Of a stretch of 64,000 nucleotides of DNA, positions 40,484 through 49,601 are shown piece after piece. The notes beneath the pieces are model-generated. The model was not told where the DNA came from, did no database searches, and worked only from the letters and a program-made list of their open reading frames with translations. Source of the DNA: an uncultured Desulfobacterales bacterium (lineage in GTDB: Bacteria; Desulfobacterota; Desulfobacteria; Desulfobacterales; Desulfobacteraceae); NCBI GenBank assembly GCA_964612755.1, contig CAZTEM010000001.1:6232-70231 (forward strand), in the 5' to 3' direction. Numbering within the stretch: position 1 is the stretch's first letter; the number at the start of each line of letters is the position of its first letter. The position numbers were made by a program, and so were the translations under genes.

Positions 40484-41452
40484 TTAAAGTTCTTTAATCT
40501 TTTCTGTTAATTCCGGTATAAACTCAAGAATATCTTCCACAATGCCAACATCAGCAACCTGAAAAATAGGTGCATTTATATTCTTGTTTACTGCAATTAT
40601 AAAAGGATCGCCCTTGAGCCCGCCTAAATGTTGAAATGATCCGCTGATCCCCATTGCCAGATATACTTTTGGCTTAACTGTTTGACCGGATGTTCCGACC
40701 TGTCGTGATTTTTCAAGCCAGTTAGCATCAACAATAGGTCTTGAACATGATACAACAGCTCCCATTGCTTCGGCAAGTTCCTGGGCAATTTCAATATTTT
40801 CTTCTTCTTCAATACCTCGACCAATGGAAACAAGTACGTCTGACTTAGTAATGTCAACATCACCTACTTCAGCTTCAACTACTTCAAGAAAACGCCTTTT
40901 ACCTGAAAGATCTCCTGCTTCACCTGATTTATCAACAATAGTTCCACCTTCAGAACCGTCTTCATTTGGAGCAAATGCTCCGGGTCTAATTGCAATAACA
41001 GCACCGTTGGAAATGTCTAAGTCGTTGTGAGTGCTTATGATACCACCTAAAACCTGACGGACAATTTTCGCAGTTGATCCATCTGATTCTTCAATATCAA
41101 TAACATCCGAAGCACAGGCAGAATCAAGTTTGATTGATAATCCAGGACAAAGATCCATGGCAAATGTAGTATTACCTGCCAGGAAAATAGCATCAGCAGG
41201 TAAAATATTACAAAGTGCTTTTCGTACAACTTCTGCATTTGGATAACTAAGTTCTTCATGACTTATTGTAATAACTTCTTTAAAAACACTTGTCATATCC
41301 TTAGCAACCTTATTCAAATTATCGCCAGAACCTGTTACAATTGCTGTAACCTGTGCGTTTGCATCAAGTTTTGCTGCTGCGGCCTGGAACTCATATGCTA
41401 TATCTTCTGCCACACCGTCCTGATGTGGAATATATGCAAAAATCTGTGCCAT
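40484..41452 (-). CDS. etfA: electron transfer flavoprotein alpha subunit
   Basis: C-terminal FAD-binding block PKVYLAMGISGSFQHLGGL. The start overlaps the etfB stop (TAATG). Confidence 0.92.
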   Translation of the reverse strand: MAQIFAYIPHQDGVAEDIAYEFQAAAAKLDANAQVTAIVTGSGDNLNKVAKDMTSVFKEVITISHEELSYPNAEVVRKALCNILPADAIFLAGNTTFAMDLCPGLSIKLDSACASDVIDIEESDGSTAKIVRQVLGGIISTHNDLDISNGAVIAIRPGAFAPNEDGSEGGTIVDKSGEAGDLSGKRRFLEVVEAEVGDVDITKSDVLVSIGRGIEEEENIEIAQELAEAMGAVVSCSRPIVDANWLEKSRQVGTSGQTVKPKVYLAMGISGSFQHLGGLKGDPFIIAVNKNINAPIFQVADVGIVEDILEFIPELTEKIKEL

Positions 41453-42255
41453 TATGCCAATCCTCCTTTGCTTTTCAGTTTTTCAATAAGCTGCTCAATG
41501 ATTTCATCTGTTGAGCCCTCAAGCATTTCAGCGCCTTCTCCAAGATCAGGTACAAAATAATCAATTCTTTTCATTTTTGCACCATCTTTACCTATAGATC
41601 CAGCATCAATACCAAGATCCGAAGCTCCTTTTACAGGGATCTCAATTTTTGCAACTTTCCTGATACCGCGGATTCCAACATAGCGAGGTTCATTGATCCC
41701 GGTCTGGATTGACAATACACAAGGAAGTTCAATCTCATTCATCTCCTTGTTACCGCCTTCAATTTCTCTTCCTATTTTAATTTTTTTATCATCTTCAATA
41801 TCAATTTGATTAACTAAAGATGCATAGGGAACATCAAGCATTGCAGCAAGCATGCCACCCACTTCTGCTGCGCCATTATCAGCCTGGGCACCAGTAAGAA
41901 TCAAGTCATAATTTCCTTTTTCGACCTCAGCCTTTAAAATAGAAGCAATCCCCCTTGAATCAGAATCTTCAAAGGCGTCATCAGAAAGCAGGATACCATT
42001 ATCAGCACCCATTGCCATCTCCCGCCTCAACACTTCTTCTGATTCGTCATCACCAACACTCACAACAGTAACGCTGCCGCCGTGTTCGTCAACTATTTGA
42101 ATTGCTTCTTCGACTGCATAGTTATCCCATTCATTCACAGAATAGACAAGATCATCACGATCAATATCATTACCCGCACTATTGAGTTCAAACTCATTTT
42201 CTGCAGTATCAGGGACCCGTTTGATACAAACCAAAATCTCCATTTTATCCTCCAC
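41452..42255 (-). CDS. etfB: electron transfer flavoprotein beta subunit
   Basis: ILVCIKRVPD N-terminus typical of EtfB. 267 aa. Confidence 0.92.
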   Translation of the reverse strand: MEDKMEILVCIKRVPDTAENEFELNSAGNDIDRDDLVYSVNEWDNYAVEEAIQIVDEHGGSVTVVSVGDDESEEVLRREMAMGADNGILLSDDAFEDSDSRGIASILKAEVEKGNYDLILTGAQADNGAAEVGGMLAAMLDVPYASLVNQIDIEDDKKIKIGREIEGGNKEMNEIELPCVLSIQTGINEPRYVGIRGIRKVAKIEIPVKGASDLGIDAGSIGKDGAKMKRIDYFVPDLGEGAEMLEGSTDEIIEQLIEKLKSKGGLA

Positions 42256-42310
42256 ATTAATTATTATAACTTCAATAAAAAAATAATAATTCTAATTATT
42301 TACAAAAACA

Positions 42311-44374
42311 TTAAACAAGGTGCTCTTCAATGAGTGTTGTAAAATCAAGGGCTGCAATTTCCCCTTCTTTACCGGCAACTTTTATTGCATCTTCAATATT
42401 CACAAGGCAGAATGGACAGGCAGTTACAATCACATTTGCTCCTGCTTCTGCTGCCATATTAACCCTTAGTACACCCATTCGAACTTCTTCTTCAGGTTCA
42501 TAAAATAGCATTAATCCGCCGCCGCCACAACAGAATGAACGATCACGACTCTTTTTTAATTCGATTCTATTTAAACCATTAATAGCATCCAAAGCTGTTC
42601 TAGGTGCATCATAGACTCCATTATGACGCCCAAGATAACATGGGTCATGGTACACGTATATTTTTTCAGGGTTTTTAGCCGGGCTTAGAGAAAGCGCTCC
42701 AGATGCAAGTTTTTCCGCAACAAACTCTGTAATGTGTTGAACCGGAGGCAAATCAGTATATTCATTTTTCAAAGTATTAAAAGCATGGGGGTCAGCAGTA
42801 ACTATTTTTTTTGCCCCGCATTTTTCTATGGCTTCAATATTCTGATCTCTTAATTCATGAAACAAAAGTTCTTCTCCAAAACGAACTACTTCATTACCGC
42901 TGTCTTTTTCCGCCTTACCAAGGATTCCAAAGTTCACACCTGATTTGGTAAGTATTTTTGAAGTCTTTCTTGCAATTTCCTGGATGTTATCATCATAGGA
43001 TGTGATGCTGTCAACAAAATATAATACATCGGCAGTTGCTTTTTTTTCAAGAATTTTAACTTCACATTCTTCTTTAAATTCTTTATCTTTTGCCCAGTCA
43101 GCACGCTTTTTCTCCATCTTTCCATAAGGATTGCCACGTTTTTCAAGGGCACTCAAAGGTTTCTGAAGACTTTGGGGAACCATTCCTTCATCAACCATAC
43201 CTCTTCTTAAATCTACAATTTTATCAATATACTCTATGCCAAGCGGACATTCTTCTTCGCAAGCACCGCAGGTTGTACATGACCATATTTCATCTTCAGT
43301 AAAAATACTTCCAATAAGAGGTTCACTCTTATAAATTTTACCGGACAAGGGATAATTTTTAAACATTAGATCTCTTGCCTTGATTGTAATAAACCTTGGA
43401 ATAAGAGGACGTCCTGCTGCATTGGCAGGGCATTGGTCAGCACATCTGCCACAATCTGCACATGAATAAAAATCAAGCATATGCTTCCATGTAAAATCTT
43501 CAAGCTTTTTTACACCAAATGATTCTAAGTCATCAAGTTCTTCCTCGGTTACACCATATTTAACAGGTTTAATTTTACCCTTTGAAAGCCGCATGAAAAA
43601 AACATTAAAAAATGATGTGATAACATGGAAATGCTTTCCCAGGGGAAGGAAACAAAGGAAAAAGAAAAAAGAGATATCATGAATAAAATACATGATAACA
43701 TGAACTGCCTGAAGGCTTTTAAATGAAGCGCCTGAAAGCATGGATTTAAAAAACCAGCCCAGAGTTAAAGGTGCCAGAAATTCACTCTGCCCTGTCTTGT
43801 TAAAATTATAAGCAGCTCCAGATGCCTCAAACAAACTTTCTGATAACATCAAAACTGCAATAATACCAAGAACAAATACAGCTTCGGCTGTATGATCATG
43901 TCCATATTTTTCAGGGACTGCATATCTTGCAGGTTTGAATATACCTCTTCTGACTGCGGCAATCACACACGCAATCAAAACAAAAGTTGCTGCATAGTCT
44001 TTAATAACAAAATATGTATGACCGATTATCCCACTGAATCCGGGAATTTGAAACCCATCGGAAAAGCCGACAAACACCAGCGAAAGCGTCCGAAGAGATA
44101 ACACAAGAAAGCCTGCAAAAATAACAATATGAAGGACTCCTGCCAGCATATACCTTGGTTGTCTGTATTGACCAAGCCACAGGACAAATACTTTTTTAAC
44201 ACGGTCTGAAATATTATCTGTTCTATGATCAGGGGCAGATCGAATCAAAGGAGCAATACGTCTGACAATAATATACGCAAAGGCGCCTATACCTACCACC
44301 GCAATTATTAGAGATAAAATATATCCCGGAATAAAACCAAATACTTTATAACTTGCAGGTCCAAATAACGACAT
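42311..44374 (-). CDS. membrane-anchored Fe-S oxidoreductase (cytochrome-b-like TM domain + 2x[4Fe-4S] + CCG domains), putative ETF:quinone oxidoreductase
   Basis: 5-6 N-terminal TM helices. CADCGRCADQCP and CTTCGACEEECP. C-terminal CCGGGG / CPFC CCG motifs. Directly upstream of etfBA. Confidence 0.85.
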   Translation of the reverse strand: MSLFGPASYKVFGFIPGYILSLIIAVVGIGAFAYIIVRRIAPLIRSAPDHRTDNISDRVKKVFVLWLGQYRQPRYMLAGVLHIVIFAGFLVLSLRTLSLVFVGFSDGFQIPGFSGIIGHTYFVIKDYAATFVLIACVIAAVRRGIFKPARYAVPEKYGHDHTAEAVFVLGIIAVLMLSESLFEASGAAYNFNKTGQSEFLAPLTLGWFFKSMLSGASFKSLQAVHVIMYFIHDISFFFFLCFLPLGKHFHVITSFFNVFFMRLSKGKIKPVKYGVTEEELDDLESFGVKKLEDFTWKHMLDFYSCADCGRCADQCPANAAGRPLIPRFITIKARDLMFKNYPLSGKIYKSEPLIGSIFTEDEIWSCTTCGACEEECPLGIEYIDKIVDLRRGMVDEGMVPQSLQKPLSALEKRGNPYGKMEKKRADWAKDKEFKEECEVKILEKKATADVLYFVDSITSYDDNIQEIARKTSKILTKSGVNFGILGKAEKDSGNEVVRFGEELLFHELRDQNIEAIEKCGAKKIVTADPHAFNTLKNEYTDLPPVQHITEFVAEKLASGALSLSPAKNPEKIYVYHDPCYLGRHNGVYDAPRTALDAINGLNRIELKKSRDRSFCCGGGGLMLFYEPEEEVRMGVLRVNMAAEAGANVIVTACPFCLVNIEDAIKVAGKEGEIAALDFTTLIEEHLV

Positions 44375-44498
44375 TACACAACCTCCTGAATTTTATCTTA
44401 ACTTTTATATATACCCTAAATTTTTTAATAAAGAAAACCTTGTTAGTCAAGGAAAACCGAATTTTTCTTATGTATGAAATTTATTAAATATATATCAT

Positions 44499-45086
44499 TT
44501 ATTTAATACCTTTCAGCCCATTTAAAAACAAATCAACAAGCGGGTCTGCAAGAGCTACAAGGTCATATTTTCCTTCGGCAGCAACCCAGGTATTAATCAC
44601 ACCTTCAACAGCGCCTAAGACAAAGCGTTTTGCAAGCCCCACAAAGATGTCATGCCTCATCTCCCCTTCAATTTGTCCCTGTTCAATAATATCGGAAAGA
44701 AGCTCTAAATACATTTTCGAAATATCTTTCATCTGGGGTTCAATATCTCTTCTATACCTGGTTTCAGACTGAAATATCACAGCCATATTCTCATCTTTCT
44801 GAAATTGATCAAGATGGCATTTGATAAGGTTTCTTAATTTACCTTCTGCATTATCTGCGTTTGCAACAGCCTCACGCATTTTCTTAAACACAGCTTCGGT
44901 TTTAAAACTGATAAATTGATAAAGTATATCGTTCTTATTTTTAAAATATAAATATATTGTTCCATCTGCAACATCTGCCTGTTTTGCAATCTGGGAAATT
45001 GTTGCCTTGTGAAAACCTAAACTCGCAAAAACAGCTCCTGCATTTTTTAATATCTCATAATATTTTTTTGATTTATTTTTTGACAA
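44499..45086 (-). CDS. TetR/AcrR family transcriptional regulator
   Basis: N-terminal HTH ATISQIAKQADVADGTIYLYFKNKNDIL. Confidence 0.9.
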   Translation of the reverse strand: MSKNKSKKYYEILKNAGAVFASLGFHKATISQIAKQADVADGTIYLYFKNKNDILYQFISFKTEAVFKKMREAVANADNAEGKLRNLIKCHLDQFQKDENMAVIFQSETRYRRDIEPQMKDISKMYLELLSDIIEQGQIEGEMRHDIFVGLAKRFVLGAVEGVINTWVAAEGKYDLVALADPLVDLFLNGLKGIK

Positions 45087-45420
45087 AACGGTTTAACTCC
45101 ATAAGTTCACAAACTATTATTAATGAATACTCATTCAGTGATAAAACAATATTTAACCTAAAATGTCAAGAAATTATTCAAGAAAATCAACATGATTTTT
45201 ATCTTACTTTACAAACACTTACATAGGTATCATAAGCATAAAATCAATGTTAAAATTTATTTTTCTTAAAACTATATTCATGAAGGAATATTCATTCTCA
45301 ATCTCATAATTTATACTGATTATTCCTTGTTATTCCTTGATTTTTAATATATTTCGTGTACAAATAAAATTATAGTTTAAATCTTTTTATATTTACCATA
45401 TATTAAGGAGGAAATACCCC

Positions 45421-46710
45421 ATGCCAGCATCAAGTTATTCTACAGATTTTAATAAAGTATTAGACACAGGTCGACCACCTAACATAAAAAAACTATTCCC
45501 TAATTCCAAAGCTTTAATTGTCAGTGGAAAATATATTGACAAAGGAATGCTCGCAAAAGGTAAGTGCATGACAATAGCAGCAAATGGAAGAAGTTCTTTT
45601 GTCATTAAAGGAGCACTACTTGCCGCACAAAAAGCAAACGCAGCTATTATTATAGAAATAGCACGTTCCGAAGGTGGAAGAGCTGCATATTGTCCAACAA
45701 GCCTCTGGAATATAGCAAGACAGACAGATGCATATATGAATGAATTTGGCATAACTATTCCTGTTGCTGTCCATGCTGATCACTTTGGCATTAAAACTGA
45801 AGCTGATATTGAACCTGCAAAAATTGAAATCCCAACATTGTTTGATGCCGGAATAACATCAATTGCCGTTGATGCGTCCCACCTTCCCGATGATAAAAAT
45901 CTTCTGGCAAATCTTGAACTCAATCCTTTTATCCCAAAATGGGCAGGGCTTGAGACTGAAGTGGGTGAAATAAAAGGCAAACTTGGGCTTTCAACTGCTG
46001 AAGAAGCATTGTTTCTTATTCAAGGTCTTAATGCCCATGGTATTTTCCCTGACTGGATAGCTCTTAACAATGGTACAACACATGGTATAGAAGAAAGTGA
46101 TGCAGGAATCAATGTTGAACTTACTGCAGAAATCCACGAAGCATTATCAAAATATAAACTTTCAGGCGCACAACATGGCACCTCAGGCAATAGTTCTGAA
46201 AGGTTACTCAATATTGCCAATAAAACAAAAACAACAAAGGCAAATGTTGCAACAGCCCTGCAAATGATATCATGGGGTGTAAAAGTTAATGATTATGGCA
46301 ATGCCATACTTGATAAAGACAAAAATTTCAGTAAAGTTGATGATTTAGGAGTCTCAGAAGAGCTATGGCAGGAAATGCTTGCCCATGCAAATGCAAATAA
46401 TATAAAAGGCGGCAATTTTAAAAAATTAAATCTGCCATTTGAAAACAGGCTTAATGCCCAGCCGCAAGAATTTAAAGACCGCATGATAAAAGGAGTTGAA
46501 GACTTTGTGTATAATATGCTTGTAAATGTTTTCAATGCTGAAGATACTGCGGATATAGTTAAAGAACAAATTCTTAAAACAGGTTCATATGATGCAGGTT
46601 CTAAGGCAGAAACAATAGAAAATCCGGAAGATTGGACAAAAAAACAAATAATTGCAAAAGCATCAAATATAACGTCTGACAAAGGACCCGAAGGAAATTT
46701 TGACGATTAA
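45421..46710 (+). CDS. divergent class II aldolase family protein (fructose-/ketose-bisphosphate aldolase-like)
   Basis: Metal/active-site blocks VAVHADHFG, SIAVDASHL, NGTTHG, GAQHGTSG. AAGGAGG SD. Confidence 0.65.
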   Translation: MPASSYSTDFNKVLDTGRPPNIKKLFPNSKALIVSGKYIDKGMLAKGKCMTIAANGRSSFVIKGALLAAQKANAAIIIEIARSEGGRAAYCPTSLWNIARQTDAYMNEFGITIPVAVHADHFGIKTEADIEPAKIEIPTLFDAGITSIAVDASHLPDDKNLLANLELNPFIPKWAGLETEVGEIKGKLGLSTAEEALFLIQGLNAHGIFPDWIALNNGTTHGIEESDAGINVELTAEIHEALSKYKLSGAQHGTSGNSSERLLNIANKTKTTKANVATALQMISWGVKVNDYGNAILDKDKNFSKVDDLGVSEELWQEMLAHANANNIKGGNFKKLNLPFENRLNAQPQEFKDRMIKGVEDFVYNMLVNVFNAEDTADIVKEQILKTGSYDAGSKAETIENPEDWTKKQIIAKASNITSDKGPEGNFDD

Positions 46711-46732
46711 TAAAAAAAATTTGAAAAATAAT

Positions 46733-46760
46733 TTTAGTTTATTTACTCCTTAGCCGATAT
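46733..46760 (+). promoter_or_regulatory. sigma-28 (FliA)-type promoter
   Basis: TTTAGTTT - 12 nt - GCCGATAT versus the consensus TAAAGTTT-N11-GCCGATAA. Lies 24 nt upstream of the 46784 ATG. Confidence 0.6.
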
Positions 46761-46783
46761 TCTTGGTTAAGGAGAAATAAAAA

Positions 46784-47209
46784 ATGCATATACCGTCTTA
46801 CCAAATACAGAATGTACTGAAGGTTTACAGCAAACAGCTGAGCCAACAGAAATTTCTTGAAAAGAGCAAATCCCTGGGGCAGAACACAAAATCTGCTGAC
46901 AGCGTGACTATCTCTTCAAAGGGTAAAAGACAGGCGATGATAGAAAAAGTAGCCTCAAATATTGTTGACAGAATTACCATGGAAGGTCCAAAGCAGCAAA
47001 TAGAAGAAAATATTGCAAGCCAAATTGAACAGGAGCTTGGAAAAAAAATTAATTTCACCAATATAAATGAAAACAAATTCACCTATACGTATATAGATGA
47101 AAATGATAAAAAAGTTATAAAATCACTATCTGTTGAGGATTCTAACTTTGTAATGCAACGCATGACAGAATTGGCAAAACAAGTTGCTGACAGCAACATG
47201 GTAATATAA
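46784..47209 (+). CDS. FlgM-associated small protein (DVU0524-like; recalled tentatively)
   Basis: AAGGAG SD, 141 aa, FlgM-like DSVTISSKGK segment, 18 nt upstream of flgM. Confidence 0.55.
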   Translation: MHIPSYQIQNVLKVYSKQLSQQKFLEKSKSLGQNTKSADSVTISSKGKRQAMIEKVASNIVDRITMEGPKQQIEENIASQIEQELGKKINFTNINENKFTYTYIDENDKKVIKSLSVEDSNFVMQRMTELAKQVADSNMVI

Positions 47210-47227
47210 GCTTGGGGGGAAAAAACA

Positions 47228-47530
47228 ATGAAAATATCAAATTCAAACCTTGCTAATCAGGCATATAATAGCAATATAGTCCATCAGAACCAGACGGCTA
47301 TCAATGCTAAAACAGAAAAAATCAAGGAACCTAATTTAAGTTCCAATGTTGATCTTTCAAACAGGACTAAAGATGTACAAAAAATTGCCCAGGCAATTGA
47401 GGATGCACCAGTTTCCATGTCTGAAAAACTTGCTTCGCTTAAAAAACAAGTAAATACAAATCAATACAATATTGATGCTGACAAAATAGCTGACAAAATG
47501 GTTGGTTCCATATTAGATGAAATAATATAA
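47228..47530 (+). CDS. flgM: anti-sigma-28 factor FlgM
   Basis: 100 aa. C-terminal KLASLKKQVNTNQYNIDADKIADKMV matches the FlgM sigma-28-binding region. Confidence 0.8.
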   Translation: MKISNSNLANQAYNSNIVHQNQTAINAKTEKIKEPNLSSNVDLSNRTKDVQKIAQAIEDAPVSMSEKLASLKKQVNTNQYNIDADKIADKMVGSILDEII

Positions 47531-47669
47531 AACCTGACACTACCCGGAAAATTTTGCCTGTTCTAAATATTTTTCTTTTGTATTAAATCCTTATTTCTTA
47601 ATATTTATTTTATCTATTATCATATATTTTCAAACACTTAATTTATTTTTATTAAAACATTTTGCGCTC

Positions 47670-47685
47670 TGGCATAAAAATTGCT
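47670..47685 (+). promoter_or_regulatory. sigma-54 (-24/-12) promoter
   Basis: TGGCAT-aaaaa-TTGCT versus TGGCAC-N5-TTGCW. Lies 40 nt upstream of the ATG at 47725. Confidence 0.65.
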
Positions 47686-47724
47686 GCCTTTTATATTAAA
47701 AGTCAAAAACAAAAGGGGAAATAT

Positions 47725-48186
47725 ATGAATAATATAAACCAGATTAATAATAGTCCTCAACTATTTATTAATAAAAATAAAAAAATAAATGCAGATAATT
47801 CCACTGAAAATACATTTAAACAAACTTTTGGTAATGTCCTTAAGAACATGGAGTCTTCTCAAACAGAAGCCATGACAACCCAGAGTTTAAAAGAGATCGC
47901 CCCACAAGACTTTAATATGTTTGATCCATCTGAAAGCCTTGGCAATAGAACAGAAAATCTATTAGAAATGCTTGAAAATTATGTTACAAAAATCAAAGAC
48001 AATTCAACTTCTCTCAAAGATATTGATTCTATACTAAAGGATTTGCAGGTTGATGCTCAAAACCTGCTCCAGGAAATTGACAACTCACCCAAAGCAGATG
48101 AAGAAATCAAAAACATTGCAAAGGAATTTGCCCTGTTTGCTAATCTGGAACAAATCAAATTCCAGAGAGGAGACTATTTATCATAA
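47725..48186 (+). CDS. hypothetical 153-aa protein, possibly flagellar (FlgN-like chaperone is a guess)
   Basis: ATG at 47725 with AAAGGGG SD. The track start 47662 would place the sigma-54 promoter inside the coding sequence. Confidence 0.6.
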   Translation: MNNINQINNSPQLFINKNKKINADNSTENTFKQTFGNVLKNMESSQTEAMTTQSLKEIAPQDFNMFDPSESLGNRTENLLEMLENYVTKIKDNSTSLKDIDSILKDLQVDAQNLLQEIDNSPKADEEIKNIAKEFALFANLEQIKFQRGDYLS

Positions 48187-48965
48187 AAAGCTTTAGCTTG
48201 ATCCCAAAATTTTTCTTTATCTTTTTTTGATATTGTCTGTAAATCCAGATTCTGGTTCTGAAGCAGCTTTTCCATATATCGATACCGCCTTTCAAATTTA
48301 TCGATTGATCCTGCAAGGGCAGTCTCAGCATGGATACCAGCATGTCTTGCAACATTCACCAAAGTAAAAAGGATATCTCCGAATTCATCAGCCATTGCTG
48401 TCTTATCCTTTTTATGCACTGCTTCCTCAAATTCGTTAAACTCTTCTCTTACTTTTTCCAATACTTCATCAGTACTATCCCAGTCAAAGCCTGCCTTAAC
48501 AGCTGAGCTTGAGACTTTATGGCAGCGTAACAAAGAAGGCATACCCGAAGGCACAGAATCAAGTACTGATTCCGCAATGGATTTTCCGGCATCTTTTTTC
48601 TCTTGTTTTTTAATCTTTTCCCAACTTTGAGTTAACTGATCTTTTGTTACAAAATGTTCTTTGCCATACACATGAGGATGCCTGCGAATCATTTTTTCTG
48701 ACACTCTTTTAAGGGAATCTGAAATATCAAAAGCTTGTCTTTCACTATATATTTCAAAAATAAAAAATAATTGGAATAAAACATCACCAAGCTCTTCTGC
48801 TATATCATCGGGAATATCATCTATTATAGCATCTCGAAGCTCATATATTTCCTCAATAAGGCACTTCCACATTGAGATAGGAGTCTGTTGCCTATCCCAG
48901 GGGCATCCTGTATCAGGATTTCTAAGGGTTTTAATGATCTCAAAAACAGGTGCTAACTTTTCCAA
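48174..48965 (-). CDS. mazG: nucleoside triphosphate pyrophosphohydrolase MazG
   Basis: CPWDRQQT, EEIYELRDAI, ELGDVLFQ, and a second EEFNEFEEAV...EFGDILF repeat. Confidence 0.9.
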   Translation of the reverse strand: MEKLAPVFEIIKTLRNPDTGCPWDRQQTPISMWKCLIEEIYELRDAIIDDIPDDIAEELGDVLFQLFFIFEIYSERQAFDISDSLKRVSEKMIRRHPHVYGKEHFVTKDQLTQSWEKIKKQEKKDAGKSIAESVLDSVPSGMPSLLRCHKVSSSAVKAGFDWDSTDEVLEKVREEFNEFEEAVHKKDKTAMADEFGDILFTLVNVARHAGIHAETALAGSIDKFERRYRYMEKLLQNQNLDLQTISKKDKEKFWDQAKAFYDK

Positions 48966-49492
48966 ATTTTTTCCACACCTTCAAGTCTTTCCATAAATCC
49001 CTTGGACATATTATTTGAAATAAACAGGGTCATAACAGCAGACACCTTTGCAACATAAGGAGATAGAGTGGATTGAGTAACCATTTTATTATTTTTGGGA
49101 ATAAATGTAGTCAGAATTATATAAATAACCGATACTATTAAAACACCTTTAACAATCCCAAATACAGCTCCAAAAATTTTATCGATCCAGCCTAAAAATG
49201 CGACTTTTAATAATTTTTCAAGTCCAATTGCAATAAGAGTTATAATTATAAAAATTATTGAAAATAATATAAAAAAAACAATAATATTTATTACAGCCTC
49301 ATTTGACAAATATTTCTTAAAAAACGCAACCTTTTTAAGCATTGGTGTAAATTCATGATAATAGGTATATGCCCCGTAGAAACCTGCAATAACACCAACG
49401 ATGGAAGACAATTCACCTAATATTCCATGGAATACTCCTCTGATAAGGCAGAAAGAAACTATTATTATTATTGCAATATCAAATAAATTCAT
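48953..49492 (-). CDS. cvpA: CvpA family membrane protein
   Basis: MNLFDIAIIIIVSFCLIRG..G N-terminus and 4 TM segments. Confidence 0.8.
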   Translation of the reverse strand: MNLFDIAIIIIVSFCLIRGVFHGILGELSSIVGVIAGFYGAYTYYHEFTPMLKKVAFFKKYLSNEAVINIIVFFILFSIIFIIITLIAIGLEKLLKVAFLGWIDKIFGAVFGIVKGVLIVSVIYIILTTFIPKNNKMVTQSTLSPYVAKVSAVMTLFISNNMSKGFMERLEGVEKIWKS

Positions 49493-49601
49493 ATAATAAC
49501 CACCATTTTAGTTACTTGTAAGATGATAGTAACTAACAAAGAAAAAATAAATTATCAAGTTTTTTGTTGATTTGTAATTTAATTTGGATACACTGAATAA
49601 T

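Noticed and set aside
47662-47724. Track start (47662) for the 47725 ORF
   Set aside because: It would put the TGGCAT-N5-TTGCT promoter inside the coding region. The ATG at 47725 has a good SD.
48174-48186. Convergent gene pairs with overlapping 3' ends (also 22238-22241 and 34955-34958) and no intervening terminators
   Set aside because: This is common in compact bacterial genomes. It is noted as a possible source of antisense read-through but is not unusual enough to flag.
49509-49535. Inverted repeat TAGTTACT-N11-AGTAACTA just upstream of the cvpA SD
   Set aside because: The stem is short (8 bp) and AT-rich with a large loop. It may be a leader hairpin but is not distinguishable from chance.
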